DNA from: Octopus sinensis
Taxonomy: Eukaryota
Reading direction: 5' to 3'
DNA: 64,000 nucleotides
Assembly (NCBI RefSeq): GCF_006345805.1
Contig: NC_043006.1
Span: 51,274,001-51,338,000 of the forward strand
Below, piece by piece: positions 53,801 to 64,000 of the stretch. The notes beneath the pieces were generated by a model that worked only from the letters and a program-made list of their open reading frames with translations, made no database searches and was not told the DNA's origin. How positions within the stretch are numbered: position 1 is the first letter of the stretch; each line of letters begins with the position of its first letter. The position numbers and the translations under genes were made by a program.

Positions 53801-56800
53801 CTCTTTGTCATGATAAATATGGGATCCCAAAGCATTATGTTTATATCTCTGTCCTTGCAACCAATCTGTCTTTATTGAGCCTCTCCTACCTCTCATCTTT
53901 TTTAACACCAATTCCTCTTCTACTTATATACAGCACAATTCATTCAAGTATTGAAATTATGTGAGAACTGCATTCATTTCATCCCTTTTTGTGATGCCAG
54001 TTATCTCTCCTTGAAATATCCTCTCCCACTTTGTTTTTCCATTGATTAATCTGTTCCCTTGAACTACATCTTATGACTGCCATAGCTCATCTGTAACACT
54101 CTTTCATATCTGCCATTGATAACTCTTTCCACCTTTTTCATCACTCACTATATCCACCCCTATATACCTCTGATCTCCCTATCTGTTTCATCCCTGCTCC
54201 CTATTTCTCATCTACCCACAGTTTTATTATACAGCGGCTCTCCACTCTTTCTGTACTATCTCTTATCACCTCCCATGCTGACCCATTCCTATTCCCTACA
54301 CCCTGCCCATTGATATTCATCATCAACCACACTGCCACCCTTACTCATCATTCTCTGCATTCAGCACTAACCATCCACCACTCTCCTTTCACTCTTGTGA
54401 ACTCACCTGCTCACCCATCCTTCCTCAATCCTGATTGCACATTGAGAGTACACCCTGACACCACCACTTATTTCTTTTTCTGGCTATTTCTACCCATCAT
54501 TATGTAGTAGAGGGTAGCTACGTATCTCCTCTACAGCAAGATACCTGTTCCTGTCCGTCTATCATACTTTAGCCTTTCAACAACTGGCATAAAGCCAGCC
54601 ACCCTTCTGCCACACTGACACTCAGTCAAGGGGGACAATTGCACAGGTGCTGGTATCACAAAAACAAAAACAACAAAAAAACAAAACAAAACAAAAAGCA
54701 TCCATTAAACTTTGTAAAACGGTTAAGAAAGGCAACCAACCATTAAAACTATGCCAAAGCAGACATTGTAACTCAGCAGTCCTCAGTCTTTTGGGATCCT
54801 GTCAAGACATCCAACCCATGCCTGCATTGTTAACAGATGTTAAATGATAATGTTGATGGTAAGTATAATTATGGGGTGCAGGCATGGCTTTATGGTTAAG
54901 TAAGTTCTCTTTCCAGCCACATAGTTTTGGATTCAGTCCCACTGTGTAGCACCTTGGGCAAGAGTCTTCTACTAAAACCCCTGGGCCAATCAAGCTTTGT
55001 GAGTAGATCTAGTGGATGGGAACTGAAAGAAACCTCTTGTATTTGCATGTCCTTGACTTCACATTGCACAATAGTTATGAGTCACTATCATACAAGTGGT
55101 GTCATTCGTTTCCAATACTCTGTGAAAACATAACTGGTCATGGGGAAATATTACCTTGCTTGGAAACATAAGAGTTGGTGACAGAAAGGACAGCTGGCCA
55201 TAGAAAATCTGCTTCAATTAATTCTGTCCAACTCTTGCAAGCAAGAAGTGGACATTAAAAACGAATGATGAGGTGATCAATACTTTTTAGTTTTTAATTT
55301 TAAAGCATTTAAAAAAATATTTTCCATACAAAGTGCACCAGTAATTTTTAATTTGTTCTTCAGTACACCTTGAAATCACAAAGAATGACAACCAGTTCTA
55401 TGCAGTCTTAGGTATACTGCACGCAAATAAAAATCAAGATGGTACAACTGGAATGTCTTTGATCATAGGACAAGTGAATGTGCATGTGTGACCAGCTCCA
55501 GTTTAAACAGTTTCTTCTTTATATTTCCAAGACAACATTTGTCTTATCTTGAATAAGAGATGTTTGTAGTGGCAGCTGTTGTCTATTTAAAATCAATTTT
55601 AGATAAAAATAATTTCTAGCAAATGCACAAGGCTACAAATTAGTGGAAAAGAAGAATTTATATTGATCCTTCTTATATTGTATGAACAATATTGATGATT
55701 GTTACTTCCTTTATCAACAGAAAAAAAAAACACAAAAGGCAAAGTTGACCCTGACAGACAGTTTGGGAACCCTTATATTAAACTATTTTCTCTATTATGC
55801 ACAGGTATTTTTTTTCTTTTCTTTTAGATAAGATTAATGTGAACACTACCACTTGTCATTTGTTATCACTGAATTTGAAACTTTATTGTTGATGATATAT
55901 CCACTGATCAGGAAATAGTTTATTGGTGGCAAGATATTTGTTTGTTAGTAGGACAGACTATATCAATAATTACAAAGGCTAAAGTCCATTGATAACAAAT
56001 GAAAAATAAGCAACATTCAACCTAAAATTTTAAAATAATTAAACAATAACTGGCACTACTAATTGCATTCAGAAGGTAACATCAGAACAGTCATATTGCT
56101 AGATTTTGTAAGTTTATTTTTCTCAGTTGAAGATAAAAGACTATTAAAGGGAAATAAGAAAATTCCTTCAAAGAAGTTAAAACAGGAACATAGTGCCAGA
56201 CTGTCTACCAATCCTTTCATGGTTATATTTGTTATGAACTTGATCTGTGCTTTATTTAATTTTAAAGATAAGCATTGAGGAATTTTAGCACAAGAAGCTG
56301 TCATTATTAAGCTGGTGTTAATAAGGTTTTTATATATAGTTATGATGGAAGGTTTTAATTTAAACACACACTTTAAAACCAAGTTTTATCTTAGAATCAG
56401 AAAGTTTTCGGAAGGTTAACACTGAAAGGATTAAATAACATGTTTAAAAGGGAAAACTATATCTTACATGAACGATATACATATGAAGTATAAGAAGTAT
56501 GTACATGCAACCAGAACTGTGAAGTCAAATGTCATTTTGAAACTCATTTCTTTGATAACCAACTGAAGAACATTGAGATTCTTGTGCCATTGACTTCTTC
56601 ACAAAACTGGCAACTTTTATGCAGACATGTGCACTAATATTTTTAAAGAATTAAAAACAGATTCAAATCATGTTCCATTTGGTAATAATACATTTATTCA
56701 AAGTCTATATACAGGAAAGTTTCAGTGAGTTGTATACAATATCAGGATAAAATTTAGCATTACTACCAAATTACATGGCGTTTTTGTTATGAGGCAAACA

Positions 56801-56863
56801 CTTGATAAACTATTTATTTAGAGGAAAAAAAAGCAACAACTAATTCATAGATGGTACAAAATA

Positions 56864-56869
56864 TTTATT
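56864..56869 (-). terminator. Candidate syntenin poly(A) signal
   Basis: AATAAA on -, ~800 nt after the stop, followed by a GU/U-rich tract; alternatives exist, e.g. near 56812. Confidence 0.4.
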
Positions 56870-57663
56870 GAAAATAGTTTTGAGTAAATATATATTTAAA
56901 AAAAATTTATCACTTGCATGTATATGTATATATGTGTGTATGAGTATGTGTGTATATTAGATATATATGCACACCTATTCCATACAGTTTTAATATATGT
57001 ATGCATATGCACATACAGAGAAATACATATAAAGGATGCATATAGATAAGATTACATAAATATAATACTAGACAAAATATTGTATCTAAAACTGATTTTC
57101 AAATTTCTTTCAAACGAATTGTTTTATATATTTGAACTAAATATGATTATTATTATTTAGGTTATTTTGATGAAGTGGTCAGTCTTTAATAGACAAATTG
57201 TAGAGGTAATTGAAATAAATTCTGTAAAATCTAAAATCTTTGGCAATCGAAAAGAAAAAAAGTAGACAAAAAAAAATAATGATAATTATGATAATAATCA
57301 TATGCACCCTCCATAACAAATTTCTAAGTTAAAAAGAAAAACAAACAACTTTGCTAATTGACCAGAATGATTCATTAGCCAAATTGTTATAAATTGGCTC
57401 AAATGTTTAAGTGGTGTTATAGTGTAATTATATTATTTTTCGATTGATATATTGTTGAAGACAAGCAGCTATCAGAAACACTCAACACAGCCATTCTTCA
57501 TCATGGACACACTCATACACACATTTTTCATAGCATACATCAAAGCATTCAGTGTTTAATGGTATAATGTGCAACCTAAAACTGAATTAACAGTAGGTCT
57601 CACAAGTTTTGTTAATGTAACCATTGACAGCTGATTATTTGAGCATTAGATAGAGGCTGGACT

Positions 57664-57718
57664 TCACAGGTCAGGAATTGAATGATCCATTAATTTCTTC
57701 ATCAAACTGTTACCCATG
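57664..57718 (-). CDS. SDCBP: Syntenin terminal coding exon
   Basis: TTCTTCTACAG acceptor; (C)MGNSLMKKLMDHSIPDL*, compared with human MAPSIMKSLMDHTIPEV. Confidence 0.93.
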
Positions 57719-59218
57719 CTGTAGAAGAAACAAATTAAACAGAATAAATAGAAGTTTACATTTAATCTCTTTACACTTTTACTGGTTTCAGACATTGGAC
57801 TGAGACTATGTTGGAGCACAATTTTCTATAGTATTACCATAAGAATTTATTCTATCAACCCAATAAAGAATGAAAGGGAAAGTAGACTCCGGTAGGTTTG
57901 TAAAGAGACATGATCAAATAACACAAAGTATTTTCTCCTACACCCGTCATACTCTGCCACACACTACTTTCTATTACATGTTATTGCTAAACACCATTAT
58001 AATCCATAAAGCCATATGCTATCATTATATATCTTTATCACTATGCACTGCCTTACATACCTTATTGTTATATGCTAGAATTATATGCTCTCATCACTAC
58101 TATACACTACCATTACACTCATATAAAATAGAGTGCCAGTATTATCATAGACATGAAATTGAATGATATCGGGCAACTACCTAACAAATTATAAGTTCAA
58201 AACTACTGCAATAGTTTTATTACTATTATATATATCATCAATGCAAGAGTATCATGCTAGGTTTATCTCTTGAAATTGTTATTTTCTATTGCAACTATTA
58301 CACTGTATACATATTTTATGACATTTGTTTGTTGAACATGCTTGCATAAATTATTGTAACTTGCAATACAATACAAAGAAAGGCTTGTTGTAAAATCACT
58401 ATAAATTCTATTGGACTGAATGATTAATTGATCAGATGAAAGGACAATTATAATATATTTTAAAAACAAATTAGAAAAAAGTCCTCTCCAACAAATAGCT
58501 TAAATCCTTGCTGCATAAATGGTCAGTTTTTGGTGATTTTTTAGCTTATTACAAGCAAAACATCAGTAATTTAACAACTTATATTTACAGCATAGGAAGG
58601 ATTTTAAAAAGGAATATTTAAAATAATTCATGACTTGCTTGTCTGTCACATAAAAATGACACACAATAGCAACAGACATCAGAAGAAATACAAACATGAC
58701 CAGAGACAAGGAGACAACACACAACATTCCATGTTAAAAGACAATTTAAACACAGACAAGGTTAGATTAACCAAACTTTCATGGCAAATAGTGTTAAAAG
58801 TATAAAATTATTTTATAAGCCTATAGTTTGTAGCCAAACAATTAAAGACTTGTTTTCACAGAAGGATCTCAATCCACTCTAATCTATACTTGAAGAATGA
58901 TTTAGGTTCAGCAAAACAAGCTAACAAAATCAACAATTATACAGTACTCTTACTGCTTATGCTAGTGAATTCTACTCCCAATAGCACCTACATACATCTG
59001 AGTACAGAAGATCATTGACATATTTTTGCACAATATATTACACTATGTCTATGACACTAAAACTTTTGGCTATTATAACTGCACTGTTTTGCAGTGGATA
59101 AGTGACATACACTAGTAATACAATGAATATCTGAAATTGGCAACAACACACTGAATAATTATTTTAGAAATAAACTTAACATGAAATTGTCAGAAAGCAA
59201 AGGAAACTGTATACTCAC

Positions 59219-59310
59219 CATTTAACAACATGCTCATAGATGACACTAGGCATCACAGTAACTGTAATAGTTCGACCACCAGCATCAATAATAGCTCCTA
59301 TGTCAGCGTC
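59219..59310 (-). CDS. SDCBP: Syntenin exon (end of PDZ2, 92 bp)
   Basis: TTACAG acceptor; DADIGAIIDAGGRTITVTVMPSVIYEHVVK; GTGAGT donor; phases are compatible with both neighbours. Confidence 0.95.
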
Positions 59311-60554
59311 CTGTAATTAAACAACAATGTTCTATAAAGTTTACAACCAAAAATAACGCACATACACACACACAGTCTGTAAAATAAGATAGAATTTTTA
59401 ATCTTGCATGTATAATTACTATAAAATAATATCTTAAATTACATACATACGTATATGTGATCGTATGGGTGTGATTAAAGACATGATCTTATTTTACAAG
59501 AATTTATTCTTTTATGAATTTCTTAGTTAAAAGGATTACAATCATCTATATAAGCTACTGCTACACACATATCTAAGTGCAATAATTGAGGAGTTGAGCT
59601 ACTGACCACATGACAACAACCAAACTGACAATAAACAGGAAAAAAAAAGACCTTCCTACATCATCACTGAATATAGTAAGCGATAAAAATGACATCCAGT
59701 TATGAAAACAATTTTTCCAATAAAAACACTAGTGTGAATAAGATTTTTTTTTTTTTTTACATGCTGGGACACTGCCTATCAATTACATTGACCCCCAGTT
59801 GTTTACTGCATTCTGGTCTTCTGACAGCTTTTTCTATATTGGCATGGGTTAGATGAGGCTTCTTGAGACAGTATTCTATGGTCTGATGCCTCTCCTGATG
59901 CTAACCGTTGTTTTTCAAATTTGGAACTTCGTTCACCTCTTCACATATCAAACCAGTGCCAGACATTTTGGTTATAGGAAACAATATCACCACTGCCAAA
60001 ATGGTGTCAATGTAAAGGCACAAAATATAAACATGTGACAGGCTTCTGTACAGTTTCCATCCACAAAACAGTGATCAACCTAAGTTGCTGTAGAAGACAC
60101 TTGCTCAAAGTAATATGCAGTGAGACCAAACTTAAAACCTCATGGTCATAATATGAAAGATTACATTAAATGGAATAAGAATTATATGGCAAAAGACTGA
60201 AAAATTTAACCATACACAATTTAGGATAGAAACATCATCTATATGAAGATTAAACATTAAAAAAACCCAAATCCGAATTTAACATCTTGTTCTAAGAAAG
60301 AGAATGCTTTTACAAAATAATCCTTCATAGAAATTCTTAACCTAATTTAATTAGTTTCAGTGCATTAAGTAGTCAAATCAATACCCGCAAAATTGGAAAT
60401 TTTAATGCAAAATGCATTATATTATAGTTTACACATAGGCTCCTGCTAATAATGACATCAATGATTATACATAAGAGTCTGTAATTCACAAAATCAGCTT
60501 GATGGTGAAATGACCAACAAACAAATGTCCATTTATCTTCATAGGCTACTATAC

Positions 60555-61652
60555 TTTTTTCTACTTGAGGCACAAGGCCTGAAATTTTGAGGGAGATCAA
60601 CCCCAGTACACAACTGGTACTTAATTTATTGACCCTGAAAGGATGAAAGGCGAAGTCGACCTTGGCGGGGTTTGAACTCAGAACATAAGATAGATGATAT
60701 ACCACTAAGCATTTCGCCCGACATGCTAACATTTCTGCCAGCTCGCTGCCTTCATAAGCTACTATTCTACTATTCCTGTGAGAATGGTGGAGAAAGAGTC
60801 CTCATACACACCCTCCAAAGGATCCTGTCAGAAGCAACCATCAACAAATGTTCCAGCAATAATAGCCACTCACAGCATTATTTCAGTGTAACACACACAC
60901 ACACACACACACACGTTATATGATGCCAGTGCTACCTGACTGGCTCCCATGCTGGTAGCATGTAAAAAAGCACCTACTACACTCTCAGAGTGGTTGGCAT
61001 TAGGAAGAGCATCCAGCTGTAGAAACCTTGCCAGATCAGATTGGAGCCTGGTACAGCCTACTGGCTTGCCAGTTCTCAATCAAACCGTTCAACCCATGCC
61101 AGCATGTTAAAACAGATATTAAATGATGATGATGATATACTAAGCAGGAATTATATTAGCTACTCAAAATAAGAGAGTCCTCTCATCCTTAATATTGTCA
61201 ATAAATAATCTGGAGAAACTAGATTTAAATGTAACTGGAGTCCTGGAAGCTTATGATGATGACTTTCAAACATAAAATTAATGCTTAAATGTTTCTTGGA
61301 AATCATTTCTATTTAAACAGATTTTATTTTTTTAATGCTATTTTTCATACTGACCAGCCTTGATAAACACACAGATTGTTAAATCAGGTTTTACAATTGA
61401 ATTAATAAACTATAATCTTTGATCTGTTATTAGTCCAATCTTAAAATGGAAGGGTTACATATTTTTAAGACAGGTATGGCTTTAAAAAACAAAAGGTGTG
61501 GTAAAAGAAATACAAATGCCTGTGGCAAAGATTGGATTTATAGCCTGTTAGCAACTTGTTCAATATTTTACTCGTTTAATCACTTCATAAAAAAATTTTT
61601 TTAATGAAGTCAAAGTTTTCCGCTTCAGTAGACATTTTAAGAGGCAAAAGTG

Positions 61653-61690
<38 letters not shown>

Positions 61691-62053
61691 TATACCAAGC
61701 CATCCAACCTATGCCAGCATGGAAAATAGATGTTGAATGATGATAGTGCCCCAGCATGGCCACAGGAAAACAACTGATAAAAGCAAAATTGCTTGAACAT
61801 GCTAAGATTAGATATACAGACATTTATTTATTTCTTTATTGCCCACAGTGGGCTAAATAGAGGGGACAAACAAGGACAAAAGGATTAAGTCAATTACATT
61901 GACCCCAGTGTGTAACTGGTACTTATTTAATCGACCCTGAAAGGATGAAAGGCAAAGTCAACCTCAGCGGAATTTGAACTCAGAACGTAACGCAGACGAA
62001 ATACCACTAAACATTTTGCCTGGCATACTAATGATTCGGCTAGCTCACCGCCC
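60555..62053. mobile_element. Intronic SINEs in syntenin: family A at 60555-60760 and 61829-62053 (-), plus a family B-related repeat at ~60920-61130
   Basis: Family motifs; 16-bp TSD TATACAGACATTTATT at 61813-61828 and 62054-62069. Confidence 0.85.
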
Positions 62054-63466
62054 TATACAGACATTTATTGGAAGTTCTATCAACTCAGTAGTGCTCTGTC
62101 AAATAAATACTGTCAAAGCTTTCGATCTGACATTTTCACACATATTCTAGCACACTTCAAATAAGTGCTATTTATCTACTGCTATTATAGCCAAAACATA
62201 CAGTAGTATTTTTCTTTTATTTTTGTTTCTTTGTTATCTATTTACTCCTCTCCTTCTTTACTGTAAATGATCAGACCTTTATTGTTTAACTATTCATATC
62301 TACTCCGCTGGTCTACCTGGTCAAAATGAGATTAAAAGTGCTATGTATAGTAAATTACTCACGGATGTGTCAGTATTTTTGTACAAAGCAAACAGAAGCT
62401 TGGCTGTGAAAATTCTCATGAGGAAAGTGTAAGAAACAATAACAAAGACAATTTATTTCAGAATTTAGCTGTAGTCACACCTTTGAATGGAATGTATTTT
62501 CTCACAGCTGCTGCCTGACTAAACAACTTTATGCAGTTATGTAAACTTTAAAAAGTAAAACTATCACATGATTTTCAAAACAGGACTTTTGGCAAATTAA
62601 CTAACAGCTAAAAGATTTCTTAGAAATTATTATAACTAATCAAAAATCAAATCATTATATATAGTTATTTAATTTATTGCAGGCATCATAGCTGATGTCA
62701 AACTGGAACATTGCCTTCAAATAGTATTGATTTGGCTACAATTTCTACTACTTAAATGGAATTATTATGCAGTGAGAAAGATGGAAATCTTTGTGAACAA
62801 ATTCTTAAAGTTAGATAAGAGATAAGAGAGTCAGAAGCAGGCCAAGAATAAGCAAATGTTGATTTGAGAGAGTCAGGTAAGGATAGAGGCTGACAAAAAA
62901 ATGAAAGGAATGCTATTAACAGAGAAAAATCATAGCTGTTGTAGTGATAGAACACTACAGGAGAAAACATACAATATGTAAGGAACATTTATCAACTGTC
63001 TTGCATCATAAAAATAAATCTATTCCATATAATGGAAATGTCATATTTACTGATGAATTAGAATTTCATGAGAATCAGAGTTTATTAAAATTAAATGGAT
63101 AAATTTCACAATAGAAGTTATCTTTTTTGCCTTGTTTTTGATAAGGTGCTATTAGCTATTCCAATTATAATAGATTTTTATTGTAAGTATTAAATTTAAT
63201 TTGTATCAGAATATTACTATATGTGAATTGTTTACAATTATTTCTTCCATTATAAAAGGTATTGAAATTTCTACCAATATGATTTTGTACAAATGTTAAA
63301 GGAAATATTTGAAACTTGGATGAATAGAATTGAGGTTGATGTTTCATTTTAAACAGAACAAGGCACATAGAGAAATAAATGAGCCATGACCTGTTAATGA
63401 AATCTTGTATTATTCTTCAATTAACAAAATTATGATTAAAAAAAATATTATTTTAGAATATCCAAC

Positions 63467-63638
63467 CTTTAACCCAACAACATTCTGTCCATTCACTTCA
63501 ATAAGTTGATGGTCAGTAAGAAGACCATTTCTAGCAGCAGAAGAATCTTTCACCAGAGACTTAATCTTGCCATCCTTGTAAACAAAACCAACATAGCCAC
63601 TGCTGTCTTTTTGCATGGTGACAGTTCTCTCAAATGGC
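63467..63638 (-). CDS. SDCBP: Syntenin exon (PDZ2, 172 bp)
   Basis: [57 protein letters not shown]; AG/GT boundaries. Confidence 0.97.
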
Positions 63639-63737
63639 CTACAAGAAAAAAACACAAAAAAAACCCATTTCATTTTAGGCAATGAGTATAGTATATTGGT
63701 TTAAATACAAAATACTTATAATATACTATTAACTTAC

Positions 63738-63913
63738 CTGTCTCTAACAGCCATACAAATCTTCTGAGGATTGGCAGACTTCAAATATTTATGAACTTTA
63801 TCGTTGTCCCAACCAGCAACTGACTGGTTGTCAATTTGAAGAATTTGATCTCCAAATCTTAAACCAGCCATAGCTGCTGGAGAACCACTCTGCACCAAAG
63901 CTACAAACACACC
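63738..63913 (-). CDS. SDCBP: Syntenin exon (PDZ1, 176 bp); upstream exons are outside the window
   Basis: TTTTCAG acceptor; GVFVALVQSGSPAAMAGLRFGDQILQIDNQSVAGWDNDKVHKYLKSANPQKICMAVRDR; GTAAGT donor. Confidence 0.97.
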
Positions 63914-64000
63914 CTGAAAATAATATAAAATGATATGACAAAAACATAATCAAAAATATCTGAAGGTGATACAAAGTCATTTAGTGAATAAATTTTAAAA

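Noticed and set aside
56059-58469. ORFs at 56059-56382, 56063-56278, 57870-58166 and 58263-58469
   Set aside because: AT-rich 3' UTR, downstream or intronic sequence of syntenin with no recognisable domains or splice support.

Overview
Eukaryotic, AT-rich, repeat-dense genomic DNA. The SINE families, microsatellite load and gene sequences point to an octopus or other coleoid cephalopod (inference). Two host genes are supported. (1) A complete three-exon alpha-tubulin on +: ATG-only exon 1 at 26102-26104, exon 2 at 30482-30704, exon 3 at 30819-31945, giving 450 aa, with a TATA box and a poly(A) signal. (2) The last four coding exons of a syntenin (SDCBP, tandem PDZ) gene on -, from 63913 down to 57664; its 5' part lies beyond the window. 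The rest is microsatellites, dozens of tRNA-derived SINEs, decayed LINEs (RTE, CR1/Jockey-like, Tx1-like) and DNA transposons (mariner, Chapaev3-like, a Helitron fragment, several MITEs). No prokaryotic-type system, CRISPR array or true tRNA/rRNA gene is supported. Most interesting observations: a SINE family whose 3' tail matches a Tx1-like LINE end, makes 15-17 bp TSDs and forms self-nested arrays; a 180-bp templated inverted insertion inside an RTE LINE; a near-perfect 53-bp hairpin downstream of tubulin; an orphan RFX X-box/NF-Y promoter-like module; and a CpG-rich to CpG-poor switch near 32 kb. All alignments were done by eye, with no database searches.
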